A stretch of 64,000 bases of DNA, taken from Brevibacillus sp. GTDB lineage: Bacteria > Bacillota > Bacilli > Brevibacillales > Brevibacillaceae. The notes under the pieces are model-generated. The model did not search any database and had not been told where the DNA came from. It saw only the letters and a program-made list of their open reading frames with translations. This document shows positions 51,501 through 62,600 of the stretch, one piece after another (position 1 is the stretch's first letter; the number at the start of each line of letters is the position of its first letter). The position numbers were made by a program, and so were the translations under genes. The stretch lies in NCBI GenBank assembly GCA_035645495.1, contig DASQMM010000267.1:1015-65014 (forward strand), given 5' to 3'.

Positions 51501-54011
51501 TTATTCTCCCGATTGGGGCGGTTCATTCGACGCTTCCGGGGATTGCGCCGGCAATGCCGGCTGCATCATGACTGGTTCAATCTGTGGTTCGAGCATCAGC
51601 TTGTACACGGGTACGAATTCCACATGCTGCGGCACCCTGACTCGTGCTGGCTCATGTACGTCGCCATCAGCAGGCTGCGTCGCAGGGAACGTCCCCTGCT
51701 GCCAATACAGGTAGCCGCCTACTGCACCAGCCGCCACCAGCACGATCAATCCCGTCACGACTGTGCTCTTTTTACGAAAAAACTTGACCAGTGGATGTGT
51801 CGTTTCGCTTCTCACTTCATCCAACAGCTTTCGGAAGTCGGCATTGCGTATCGCATACCAGCGTTTGCGCCATTCCTTCTGACGCAGCCGCTGCCCCCTC
51901 TCTACTGCAAAAAACGATTTGAGCGCGTGGCGGAACGCCGGCTCCAGCTGTTTGCCTGAAAAAAACATTCGTTGGGTCATCGCCCATTGCAGAAAAGCGT
52001 GAACCGCATCGTCGCCCCCGCCTTTTTCGACGTAGGCAATCATCTCCGCATAGCGAAAAGCAGCCTGCTGGCTCTCATCTGCCACATGGAAAATCAACGC
52101 GACCTTTGCGAAGCTCTCTTCCCGAAGAGGGATGACCAGCATGTTTTGAAGCAGCTTTTGCTGGCTCTCGATGTCATCGCCGTCCCATTTGCGGAAAAAC
52201 TCCTCTGGTCCCGGAATCTCTGAAAGCTCTTCCAGCGACGCCACGTTCATCATCATGTCCAGCTTGTTGCGCGCTTCCAGATCAAGCCCGTCAAAAAAGG
52301 TTTGCGGCTTGTCTTCCAGCAACGACAAAATCTGATCGAAGTCTTTTTGAGACAAGGCATCCAGAGCAACTTTCTTCAACAGCGTCTTGTCTACCTCATC
52401 CAAAAGCTCCTCCGCATAGCTGGGGGATCCGGCAAACGATTCGAAGAAATGGTGGATCTGCATCGCTGCGTCGAGTCTTTTCCGTTCCTCGATCATCAGA
52501 CCAATTAACTTCGGTATGGTAGTCGTGGCGAAAAAGGGATGCCGAATCGCCAGAGGGGCGTTCTTTGCCCAAAATTCGATTTCCTTGAGCATCTGCGTGA
52601 TCGTGGTGACTGCCTTCAGCCGCTCTACCAGATATTCCTCGAACAACGGCTTGACCAGCACTTTATAGCCAAGGACCTGCCGCATCAGCGCGTGAAACAG
52701 ATCGCGGTGTCCGCTCACATGCTGATATACCTCCGCGACGTAGCTGGCCTTAAGCTGGCTCTTACCCTTGGACAGCACATCGATCACATACTGGACCTTC
52801 TCTGCTTTCTCAACCTCGTTGCGAGCGACAGCATAGGAATCAGCAACCTGCTTGACCAACTCGATCTCTGGCCAATGCTGCTGGGAGAGTGCTTGGTTTT
52901 CCAACAAAAAGATTGCACGCATGAGTTCGTGCAAACGATCCTTCTTGAGGAGTTGAGCTTGGCGCAGGTAGTGGTTGAGCACCTGCCAGATCGCCGGGCG
53001 ATTGCTCTCGTAGACCGACATGCGCCCTTTTTCAATCTGATAGAGCGCACATAATTGGTAGTACGTCACGAGACTTAACCCGGTCTGGCGGTCCGCTCCC
53101 TGCAGCACCTCCTCGCAAAACTCATGAAACGATGCGAGAATGCGAGAGTCCTGCAAAAACTCCCAGGCGAAATCGAGATACTCATGCTTCCCTTCCGTCA
53201 GCTCTGTATTGAGCAAACGCTGGCTGGCAAAGTCAAAGAGAAAATCCTTGTCGTTTTGCCCGTTTCCAGGCCGGATGCTGCCCGCTTCCACGAACATCAG
53301 ATGGATATGTTTTTTGCTTTGCGGCTCATCGCTGTATGTAAGAAACCCAAAATGCCTGCGCATCTCATAAGGCAGGCAGGTAAAGAGGATTTCCAAGAGT
53401 TGATGGGCCTGCCCGGTAGATTCGGCTATATCGCCCGGCAAACTGATAAAAACCTTCTTTTTCCCTGAAAGCGAGAGCATGATGGCATGCAGCAATTGCT
53501 TGAATACCGTTTGATCGATTCCCAGCCGTTGCAGGATCTGCCGTCTGTCCTGCCCTGTCGTTCCTTGTTTGTAAGGAAGCTCGTCCAGTCCTGGCAATTC
53601 CTTGCCTTTTGCTTCGTCATGCTGCTTTTGAAAGGATTCGACGCCAAAGATCCGCGCCGGTTCCCGGATAAACACATCGCTGCGCTCAGCCGGAATCACG
53701 TAATTGTGGCTGAAGAACGTATTGCGCTGCCCGGTAAAATCGGCGCCGACAAATACGCTTTGTCCAAGCACCAGCTCTCCCGTCTCTGCACGAAAACAGA
53801 CAAGTGCTTTGGGATAGCGTGATACATCCGCCTCTGATCGCTCTTGCAATTGTCGGGGTGCCTGATAGACACAGAACGGATGGAGCGTCTTTTTGATGAA
53901 TTGATTGTCCAGCCCAGGTGATTTGGCGACGGTATCATAGCCTTCATTGGCCCGAAAGATCCCTTGACGCCCACGGGTGTAATACTGCTGCAAGATGAGC
54001 GGCCGACTCAC
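51501..54011 (-). CDS. GAP1-like (GTPase-associated protein) with C-terminal TM
   Basis: N-terminal YYT...GY.TVAKS.GL...GQRNTFFSH and middle LPYEMRRHFGFLTY resemble GAP1-N2/GAP1-M; TM VVTGLIVLVAAGAVGGYLYW plus a Pro-rich tail; GTG overlaps the GTPase stop. Confidence 0.6.
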   Translation of the reverse strand: MSRPLILQQYYTRGRQGIFRANEGYDTVAKSPGLDNQFIKKTLHPFCVYQAPRQLQERSEADVSRYPKALVCFRAETGELVLGQSVFVGADFTGQRNTFFSHNYVIPAERSDVFIREPARIFGVESFQKQHDEAKGKELPGLDELPYKQGTTGQDRRQILQRLGIDQTVFKQLLHAIMLSLSGKKKVFISLPGDIAESTGQAHQLLEILFTCLPYEMRRHFGFLTYSDEPQSKKHIHLMFVEAGSIRPGNGQNDKDFLFDFASQRLLNTELTEGKHEYLDFAWEFLQDSRILASFHEFCEEVLQGADRQTGLSLVTYYQLCALYQIEKGRMSVYESNRPAIWQVLNHYLRQAQLLKKDRLHELMRAIFLLENQALSQQHWPEIELVKQVADSYAVARNEVEKAEKVQYVIDVLSKGKSQLKASYVAEVYQHVSGHRDLFHALMRQVLGYKVLVKPLFEEYLVERLKAVTTITQMLKEIEFWAKNAPLAIRHPFFATTTIPKLIGLMIEERKRLDAAMQIHHFFESFAGSPSYAEELLDEVDKTLLKKVALDALSQKDFDQILSLLEDKPQTFFDGLDLEARNKLDMMMNVASLEELSEIPGPEEFFRKWDGDDIESQQKLLQNMLVIPLREESFAKVALIFHVADESQQAAFRYAEMIAYVEKGGGDDAVHAFLQWAMTQRMFFSGKQLEPAFRHALKSFFAVERGQRLRQKEWRKRWYAIRNADFRKLLDEVRSETTHPLVKFFRKKSTVVTGLIVLVAAGAVGGYLYWQQGTFPATQPADGDVHEPARVRVPQHVEFVPVYKLMLEPQIEPVMMQPALPAQSPEASNEPPQSGE

Positions 54012-55276
54012 TAACGCTCCCTCCCCTCGATGTAGTCAAGCTGATGCAGGAGCCAGATGAACGGTTCGTCTACGCGCATCGGAGTGACGACACCGCTGAC
54101 CTTCTGGTTGACTGGATTGCTGCCTAGGGCCGACACGGCAAAATAGGCCACGTTGGTAAAGTAGACTTCCAGCGCATCCTTGAACGGGCGGTCTACCTTT
54201 TCGATAAAACGGCTAACCTCGCCATTGATATTTTCAAATTCAGCTGTATTCAGGTACTGCTGGTGCACGAAGTTGCGGAAGATGTTGCTGTTGGGCTTGA
54301 TATAGGTCCCTTCCTCTTCCTTGATCGCATGCAGCATGTCGCTCTTCGTCAGGACGACTGCTGTCGGGATATGGGTCTTGCTGCTCTCCTGATAGCCGAT
54401 AAAGTTCTCGAACAAGGTAATGACGACCTCACGCGGCTCGTCGTAACGGGCGGTAAATTCACCCGGCTCGTCGCCTGCCTGCAACAGAAAACGATCTCGA
54501 ATCGTCTTGATCTGCAACGGATCGACGAGGAACAAAATCCCCGACGAATTCTTCACATGTGCCGCGTACAGCTCCAGGTATTCCCGGTCGACCATGCCCT
54601 CGCCCGCCACATCGAAAAACACAAGAATCAACGGCGCCTTCTCGCTGTCCTTGAAGATGAACTGGAAGATAAAAGGCTCCTGCCGCTTCTCTTTTTGTGT
54701 GGAATCCAGCAGCTGGCCGCGCTCGAACAACGGCGCTTCGTACTGCTCACGGAATTTCCGGCTGATCTGGGCATTGAGTGGCATGCAGGCTGCATCGAAA
54801 TGATTGGCGGTCGTATTCTGCAAGGTATGGATCAGCGAAGTCATATAGACAGACTTGCCGACCTGTGACGCCCCTACAATCGAAATAATGTTGCTTGGCG
54901 CCTTTCCTGCCGTGATCGGAAGCTCGTTGTGGCATTTCGGGCAGAGCCTGCGCTTGGAGACGACGCCGTATCGGTCTGTGACGCCGATCAGCACCTGATC
55001 TACATACAGGTGGTTTTCCTCCGGAATCGATTCGGGATCAATCACCGCTTCGATCTCCTCGATGGCATCCAGCCCAAACTTGTCGCGGTAGGCGTTCAGC
55101 AGGTGGTCTTCCTGCAGGGCGTAGTCCTCGTCGTCGGGACGGTAATGGGCAGCCCGAAAGACGACTTCATCAGGCCCGAATTTGGAAAAACAAAACGGAC
55201 AAACGATATCATAAAAAGGAAGTCTTTCCTTTACTGGCTGTTTCTTCTCAAACATGTTCTTCAAAAAGGTAAACAT
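54011..55276 (-). CDS. TRAFAC-class GTPase with N-terminal Zn ribbon
   Basis: CPFC...CPKCH; G1 GASQVGKS, G3 DVAG, G4 TKSD, G5 SAL. Confidence 0.82.
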   Translation of the reverse strand: MFTFLKNMFEKKQPVKERLPFYDIVCPFCFSKFGPDEVVFRAAHYRPDDEDYALQEDHLLNAYRDKFGLDAIEEIEAVIDPESIPEENHLYVDQVLIGVTDRYGVVSKRRLCPKCHNELPITAGKAPSNIISIVGASQVGKSVYMTSLIHTLQNTTANHFDAACMPLNAQISRKFREQYEAPLFERGQLLDSTQKEKRQEPFIFQFIFKDSEKAPLILVFFDVAGEGMVDREYLELYAAHVKNSSGILFLVDPLQIKTIRDRFLLQAGDEPGEFTARYDEPREVVITLFENFIGYQESSKTHIPTAVVLTKSDMLHAIKEEEGTYIKPNSNIFRNFVHQQYLNTAEFENINGEVSRFIEKVDRPFKDALEVYFTNVAYFAVSALGSNPVNQKVSGVVTPMRVDEPFIWLLHQLDYIEGRER

Positions 55277-55287
55277 GCTCTCCCCTC

Positions 55288-55923
55288 CTATTCGGGAATC
55301 AGTTCGTAACGTTCCCCGTATTTTTTGCCGTCCGTAAAAAAGAGGCGGATGACATCCTTCTTGCGGACCTCGATCTCCGGCAAAAGGTTGACGCCAGCTT
55401 CAAGATCGCGAATAAAAGCGTATTGCGTGCCGTCATCCTTGTGAATGGGAGGGGAACCTTCTTTTTTCACGTAGCAGAGGACGTCCTTGGCGAGCGGAAT
55501 CTCGGTAAAAATGCGAATTTGCAGTGTATCGTAAGCACCGAACCACTTTCTTTTGCGGATCAGCGAGTATCGGATCTTCGCTTTTCCGGTGCTGATGTGA
55601 ATGATATGTGTATCCGAGTCCGGAACGAGCAAGATTGGCCTGCCCTTTTCCAGGCGACAGGGGAAAATGCGGTACGTGTATTGGCCGATGTCTTCGCTCT
55701 TCTCCCGCAGTCCCTTGTGCACCTTGTATTCCTCACGCGTATACAGCTTCAATTGTTTTTCACTGATCTGCTCGATCGCAAAAGGCGCATCCATCGGAGA
55801 TTTGTGTACATACACGCACGGCACCTCGTCAGCCCAGTGCCAATTGATGACGTACTCTTCTCCGTGACGTTGGCAGACGACATCCTTGATCAGCACATCC
55901 GAAGTCGTTTCATGATTGATCAT
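55288..55923 (-). CDS. Hypothetical beta-rich protein (system component)
   Basis: Coupled between the vWA and GTPase genes with an RBS; alternating-hydrophobic strands; no catalytic motif recognised. Confidence 0.75.
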   Translation of the reverse strand: MINHETTSDVLIKDVVCQRHGEEYVINWHWADEVPCVYVHKSPMDAPFAIEQISEKQLKLYTREEYKVHKGLREKSEDIGQYTYRIFPCRLEKGRPILLVPDSDTHIIHISTGKAKIRYSLIRKRKWFGAYDTLQIRIFTEIPLAKDVLCYVKKEGSPPIHKDDGTQYAFIRDLEAGVNLLPEIEVRKKDVIRLFFTDGKKYGERYELIPE

Positions 55924-55942
55924 GACGCATCATGCTCCCACT

Positions 55943-57229
55943 CTACAGATCAAACCGCTTGCTGCTTGCTTTTCCGTCCCCGGAATGGACAGGCAGAGCC
56001 TTGTTGCGCGACAGTCGTCTTTGGAAGGACGATGGCTCTGTACCGATGGTCACCGGAATCAAGAGGGTAAAGAGAGTCAAGACGACAGCCAGCAACAGCG
56101 CAGCCAACAGATGCAGCAGCATCGCCGGCAAATCCCCTCCGATAAATCCTGCCTCCAGTACGAGACCTGCTAACAGACCGGATACAAACCCGCCAATCGT
56201 AAAGCTTTTCGCCAGATGGCGATTATCAAAAATCAGTCCCAATGCCAAGCCCAGGAGTGTGCCGATGACGATCAGACTTACGACACGCAAGACGGCGTAA
56301 AAGGTGCTGCCCTCTGTCGCATCGCTGCGCGGGGAGACCAATGTGCGCTCATGCCGTGTCATCTCAATAATTTGTCCGAAGGCTCCGGTGATCTGATCCG
56401 CATGCGCCACGTCAAAATACGTGCCGCCTGTAGCACTCGAGATTTGCTGCAGAAGCTGAGTCCCATCCGCATCAATCGCACTCATCCCGACTGTATGGAT
56501 CACGACATTCGCCTGCTTGTAAGGGGCAAGCGCTCGGTCCAGATCAACGCGGCTGTAGCCGTCGGACATCAACACCACCGTGCTGTTCGCCAGTTTTTGC
56601 GAGGCTTGCAGATGATCAATTGCCGTCTGCAAGGCTTTGTCGATATCGGTTCCGCCGCCGTTCATGCCGGTTTGCTCCCGCAATTTTTGCACAACCTGAT
56701 CCTTGACGGCCTGCCCGTTTATTTGGGTCAACGGCTGGACCACTTCTGTGCTGTCATTAAAGGAAATGACCGCTACATTCGTCCCGTCCTCCATTTTCTG
56801 CACCATGTCGGCAGCAGCCGGAAAAAGGCGGCTGTCAGGATCGGAACGATTCATGCTGCCGGAGGTATCCAAAAGCATGACGATATTATTGGAGCTGCTC
56901 GCACTCTGAAAGGTGGAACCGTAGGCAAATTGCAGCAGCATAGCCACGACGCCGATCAGCAAAAAGGTGCTGGGCACGAGCATTTTCCAGGAAGCGCCGA
57001 CATAACGCTGCTTCCAGCCTGAACCGTTGAGCCGGGGCGAAATCATCTCCGCCACCAGGCACATCAATCCTACAAAAAGCGCGTATTGTCCAAAATAAAG
57101 TCCCATGAGCAGCCACGTCGGCCACTCCCCGGAAAAGCTCGCAAGCAGCACTTCTCCTACGGAAAAACCAATGCCTCCACCCACCAGGCTGCATAAAACC
57201 ATGAGCAGATTAATCCTTCTTTGTCTCAT
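55943..57229 (-). CDS. Membrane-embedded vWA domain protein
   Basis: Complete MIDAS (LDTSGS, GGTD, MSDG); about 3 TMs on each side. Confidence 0.88.
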   Translation of the reverse strand: MRQRRINLLMVLCSLVGGGIGFSVGEVLLASFSGEWPTWLLMGLYFGQYALFVGLMCLVAEMISPRLNGSGWKQRYVGASWKMLVPSTFLLIGVVAMLLQFAYGSTFQSASSSNNIVMLLDTSGSMNRSDPDSRLFPAAADMVQKMEDGTNVAVISFNDSTEVVQPLTQINGQAVKDQVVQKLREQTGMNGGGTDIDKALQTAIDHLQASQKLANSTVVLMSDGYSRVDLDRALAPYKQANVVIHTVGMSAIDADGTQLLQQISSATGGTYFDVAHADQITGAFGQIIEMTRHERTLVSPRSDATEGSTFYAVLRVVSLIVIGTLLGLALGLIFDNRHLAKSFTIGGFVSGLLAGLVLEAGFIGGDLPAMLLHLLAALLLAVVLTLFTLLIPVTIGTEPSSFQRRLSRNKALPVHSGDGKASSKRFDL

Positions 57230-59564
57230 GTCGATTCATCCTTTCCTCGGCGGCAAATGAAAAACCGTTTTCCAGGTAGGAGGTATGGTACTTCTTGTTG
57301 TTGCGATAGTACATCAGGTCCTCGATGCCAAATCCCCCCATCAGGTTAAGCTTCTCGATGCCGCTCTTTCTATCCTCGTGGATGCATCCCTGCTTATAGG
57401 TTCGATTCCCTTCGTCCAGTCGCAGTACGAACTGTACGAAGTCATTGCTGGTGTCGGCAAACAGGTATTTTTCCTCGTAGCGATGTTTTTGAAGAAAATG
57501 GAAAATTTCAATATGGACCGAAGCTCGTTCTTCCAAGGCAAACGCAAGATCCCGGAACAGATCGTCACGGGTCAGCACGGTGCGATTCTCGTACGCTGCC
57601 GCTACATTGGCCCTCGCCAACAGCTCGGCGTCGAACGAAAGAGCAAAGGCTGGACGAGGCAAAATCTCCGAACGGCAAAAACGGCAAAGCCGCTCAATCA
57701 AACCAGCCACGCCATTGTACAATTGCAGCGAGTCAGTCCCGATATAGCGGGATTCCAGATAAAAGTCAGCACCCCGCTGCGCCTCCATCGACTGGATCGC
57801 CTCGCGAACCAAGGAAGAGTAATAGTCCTCGATGTTTTTGCCCAGGTAGTCGGCTGCCTCACGGATGCTTCGCCGTGCATGCTCATGCAATTGCTGCTGC
57901 AGCTCCTCCAGTTGTTCGATCTGCCTGCCGAGCTGACGGTGGATCTCCCCTACCTGCAGCTCCCGTTCCTGCAGAATGCGCAGAATGGTTTCTCCCTCAA
58001 GGATCTCGAGCTTTTTGCCATACACGATGTCGAGGAGGTGGCGGACCAGTGCTCTCACCCGCTCCTTGTCCCGGGTGAAAAGACCCCCGACGCGAAGCTC
58101 CTGACGGTCTACCCGCTGCTGATAGATTTCTTCCAGCTCTGCTCGCGCCAGCTCCAGCTCCCTGCTCGTTTCCCGGATGCCCAGCCGTATTTCATTCAGA
58201 AGATGTCCGACACTGCTCTGTTCCGAGGTGATTTGATAAGCTGCGTACAGACCGTACCGCGGATCGGCGATCAACTCCTGCTGAATGATCGAAGCCAGGC
58301 TCTCCTCCTGCAACAAATCCTCCAGGCGATGGAAGACCGGACGGACCAGATTCGTCTCAAAAAAGGCTTGGCTGCTGCCCTCGAACAAGGCTTTTTCCGC
58401 TTCCCTCAGATTCAACCGGCTGAGCTCCTTGAAGCTGACGCCGGAGGTCATAAGCCCGCCCATCTCATCAAGCTTGCTCTCCTCTGAAAAAACCGCCCGC
58501 AGCTGTCTTTGCAAATCATGCGACATCAGCCCAAGCCGCTCTCGCACGCTCGCCTTGTCGGGCAGCGCTCCCCTTTTGAGTCGATCCCAATAGAGGTCAA
58601 AGACGGCAGCCAGCACGGTCAGCGCAATCGCATGGGTCGGGCGCTTGACCTTGGACAAGCCGGCAGAAGCGAACGCTGCCTCCACCCGGCTCCCTGTGAT
58701 GTTGCGGATAAACTGGAATTTGCTGAAGCTGTCGCTGCTGTTTGGTTCCGCCCCTTTGTTATGCAGCAAGACGAGATGGCTGATCAGTTCGTCATTCTCC
58801 TGCATGCCCGCCCCGAGAAACATCCCTTGCTCGTTTTTGTCGCTCAAGAGATAGACGATGGAAAAGAGCGGCGCTTGTTCATGCTCGACCGGCAGCTTGA
58901 CCAGATCCCCTGTCACCAGCAGATCCGCACGATAGCTGTAATCTTGGCGCTGGTACTGATTCACTTCCTCGAGAAAACTGACACTCAACGCAGCCGAAAA
59001 GCCAAATTCCTCCCCCGGCTGCTTCTCTTGCAGCAAAATGTACAAATCGACGGACACATGCTTGAACAGCTCCGCCAGATAACTTTTCAACACCAGGGTC
59101 AGCTCTGGCAACAAGACGTTGGCGGGGTCATCCGCGCGTGTCACGACAGCGAGGTTTACCTGCTGAAGCGTGGCAAAGCGTTTCCCCATTTCCGCCATCC
59201 GCATGCTCGCCTGTTTCATCACCTTGTTGAGCGTCATCAGCATGGATTCATCCTGTGCAAAACGCTCGTATAGCGATGGGCGCAGCTTGCGCTTGTTTCC
59301 ATCTGACTCGGGAAGGCGAAATCCCTCCACCAGCGGATGCTCCCAGGTCTCTTTCTCGTAGGCATGGATGTAGAGAACACCGTCGCTGTTTGGCCATTTT
59401 CGTTCATTCATCTGACAGACTGTCTGGAGCGACTCCAGGCTTTTGTCTCCCAGGAAGAGAAAAAGCACGGGGTTCTGAATGCCCCGCTGACCAAAGCCGC
59501 TCTCCGCTTGTCTTTCCATGTCGGTCACGTATTCGGTTGCGAATTGCTCCAGCCATTCCCTCAT
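57210..59564 (-). CDS. Degenerate tubulin-like paralog, large helical/coiled-coil protein
   Basis: Collinear similarity to the 1121-aa neighbour but lacks the Gly-rich GTP motifs; start MREWL after GGGAGA. Confidence 0.6.
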   Translation of the reverse strand: MREWLEQFATEYVTDMERQAESGFGQRGIQNPVLFLFLGDKSLESLQTVCQMNERKWPNSDGVLYIHAYEKETWEHPLVEGFRLPESDGNKRKLRPSLYERFAQDESMLMTLNKVMKQASMRMAEMGKRFATLQQVNLAVVTRADDPANVLLPELTLVLKSYLAELFKHVSVDLYILLQEKQPGEEFGFSAALSVSFLEEVNQYQRQDYSYRADLLVTGDLVKLPVEHEQAPLFSIVYLLSDKNEQGMFLGAGMQENDELISHLVLLHNKGAEPNSSDSFSKFQFIRNITGSRVEAAFASAGLSKVKRPTHAIALTVLAAVFDLYWDRLKRGALPDKASVRERLGLMSHDLQRQLRAVFSEESKLDEMGGLMTSGVSFKELSRLNLREAEKALFEGSSQAFFETNLVRPVFHRLEDLLQEESLASIIQQELIADPRYGLYAAYQITSEQSSVGHLLNEIRLGIRETSRELELARAELEEIYQQRVDRQELRVGGLFTRDKERVRALVRHLLDIVYGKKLEILEGETILRILQERELQVGEIHRQLGRQIEQLEELQQQLHEHARRSIREAADYLGKNIEDYYSSLVREAIQSMEAQRGADFYLESRYIGTDSLQLYNGVAGLIERLCRFCRSEILPRPAFALSFDAELLARANVAAAYENRTVLTRDDLFRDLAFALEERASVHIEIFHFLQKHRYEEKYLFADTSNDFVQFVLRLDEGNRTYKQGCIHEDRKSGIEKLNLMGGFGIEDLMYYRNNKKYHTSYLENGFSFAAEERMNRHETKKD

Positions 59565-59602
59565 GCTTTCTCCCGCCAATCTGTAGGTAAAATGCTTTTT
59601 TC

Positions 59603-62600
59603 CTATTGCAGTGTTCTGCGCATGTCGTTTACTTTGGACCAAACCTTTTTATAGAAGTCGAACATTTCTTCTCCGTTTACGTATTCGTCACGGTCGTATT
59701 CGAGCTCGTTCTTCACGGCCTGGAAGGATGCTGCGATCTCGTCCAGACGCTGGATCAGCCCTGTGGTATCTTCAGCCGAAGTCATTTGATCGCTGCGCTT
59801 GGATGCTTTGCGCTGCAGCGTCGCCATCTTTTTGTGATCGAGGCTGCGGAACTGTTGGTACACGGCATACTCGACGTGCTTGTTCACCTTCATCAGGTTG
59901 AGCAAAGGCTCCCAAGCTTCTTCTTCCTCATCCCGATCATAGACGAACAGCGCGCCTTTTTTGCTGATCGTACCCGTATAGAGAGCTTCGATATAGCGAG
60001 TGAGCAGCTCTTCTTCGCCCTGCATAGCGTTGACGATTTGCTCCAGCTCCTGGATTTTGCTCTCGATTGCTTCGTATTTGCGCACCTCGTTTTGCATGAG
60101 GCGGATCAGCTCTGGGTAGCGAATCAGATTTTCCTTCGCCATCTCTTCGTTGATGCTGCCGAAAATATCGCGTTGGAAGTCTTGCGGCAAGCCGTCTTTC
60201 ATATGTCCCTTCAGCTCAGCCAACAAGCGCTTGATCTCGCCGGGACTCATTTTGGAGGTGTCCGCTGCCGGCAGTTCGAACGGCTTGGTCACGACGCATT
60301 CGTAACGGCTGCTCGTTTGGCTGTCCTGCCCCTTTTCGCGGATGCTGCCAAAGCGCACGGCCTTGTCGAACAGCTCGCGAATGCTGGCATTGTATTCCTT
60401 GATCCGAGCGTTCTGGTACGTATCGCCCCAGGATTTTTCCGGAATCGGTGAAGGCAGGTAGGCCCAGTTGTTCTTCTCCGTTTGCACGAGGTGACGGCCG
60501 ATCCCTTCCCGATCCAGAATCGTGCGCTCGTAGCTTTCCTCGTAGACCTTGAGCGGCGTATAGACGAAGAGCGGAATCCCGTTTTTCGTATTCAGCCAGA
60601 AAATACGGTTTTTGACCTCGCTCTCTTTTACCGTAAAGCGCGATCCGCTGATGGCGGTATCCTGATAGTTGCGAATCCCTTTGAGAATCGACGGTGCTTT
60701 TAGCGGCACCGACACGAAGCCCCAGGAAGGGAAGTGCATGTTGCCCAGATTGTTGCTCAGGTGAAAGACCGGAATCGCTTCTTCGTCCAGCTTGCTGGCA
60801 ATCTTGCGCTCGACGATGCGATCCAGCGTTTCATCCTGTCCGTATTTGATGACGAGGAACTCTTCCATGGATTTGGTGATCAGTTCGCCGAATTTCTCAG
60901 AGAGGAAATCGGAAATCGAAGTGACGATGTCCAGTTCCTGCTCCTTCACCCATTGATCCGAATGCTTCAACAGCTCGCTGGTGAAATCGCGGATCAGATC
61001 GTCAGCGTCTTTTTGTTCCAGGATATTGCCGATCACCTTGGAGACATCCGGCACACTGACGATATTCCAGTAGTACGTTTTGTTTCCGGTGCGATCCATC
61101 TCTTCTTCCGCGTTGATCAGGATGTCGCCGTTCTTGTCAAAGATCTGGTTCAAGGCATTCAGGATCTCGGTAAAGACGCTGTAGATGCGATTGTTTTCTT
61201 CATTTAACAGGCGATGCAGCTCTTCGTAGAACTCGATCATCTGCTCCAGCTTCTCCTGGTCAGCCAAGAGCTGGTATTCGTTGATCTTAGCTTCGATATA
61301 GCTGTTTTTCTTCTTCTCTTTGGAGATAAACGCGCTGCGGGCATCTCCCAGCTTTTCAATGGCAGTCTCGCGCGCACCCTCGATCTCGCGCGGGAAGCTC
61401 TCCAGATTGGCTTTCAGACTTTCTACGTAGGACAAGATCATTTTCATCAGGCAGAAGCCTTTGTCCGAGTGGATCAGACGGGATGCGTAAAAAGGTCCTT
61501 GCTGCGGATGCAGGAAGACGCGCGTAATCATCTCGCGGAACGTCTCCATCAATTCGCCCGGCGTTTGCTTCTTGCACTTGATGTATTCCTCACGGGCTTT
61601 TGCCAGATAGCCTTGCTCCAGCTCGTGATCAATGCTGACTACCTGCTGGCTGATTACATTGCTGTAGTTCAGCCGCTCGCTGTTTTCATAGCCCGGCAGT
61701 GGTTCCGGCACACGCGACTCGAATTTTTTCGCGATGGAGTCGATGTCGATTCCCAGCTTGCGGGCGAATTTCTCCGCATCCTCCTGGCTAGGAGCAACCG
61801 CGAACATTTTTTCCATCTTTTTAAAAAGGCGGTACGCCAGATAGGTGGTCATCTCTTCGATCGGCAGGACCGCGGAGGAAGCGCCGATCACGTTGTACTG
61901 ATAGTTCGCTGCATACGCCTTTGGCATCTGGTTGATATTGGTGCGGATGTTGCTGATGTAGTCGTGAATCGCGAACTCTTCACCGGAGCGCTTTTCCTCG
62001 CTCGCCATGAAGTTCGTGATATTCTCTGCCGTCACGTTCATGCAGTAGTCATAAGCATTCTCCAGCGCCTTGCCTTCCAGGTTGGTCGCGGAGATCAAGT
62101 GACAGAGGTTGAATGGCGGCATGGGCGATTGGACATTCAGCACATTGCCGTACTGCTGCTTGAAGCGCTCCATGCGCTCATCTGCGTTCATCCAGTAATC
62201 CAGCTCTTTGAGTGCCGCATAGCCGTTTTTCATGATGTAGTCGCGGGTATGGGAGCTCAGGCTCTTGTTGGACAGATTGACATCAGGCGTGAAGAGATAG
62301 CCCAGCATGTTTACCTTGTCTACGCCGCCGCTGCCGAAGTCGCGCTCCAGAATCCCGCGCACGATGTACGAGATGTCCAGGAAGCAGCCGCTGCCCGTCC
62401 CCCCGGAAAGTCCGCTCAAGAGGAAAACTGTCAGCTTTTTGTTCGTGCCTTCGGTCAGCATTTTGATTTTCTTCTCAATCGTCTGCACAACCTGCGTGAT
62501 TTTGGTAAACAGCAGCAGGCGGCCTGCCTGGCGCACACCGGATGCCCCGCTGATTCCGTCGGTAATGGTCAGCTCCGGAGAGAGCCAATCCGTAATGTAC

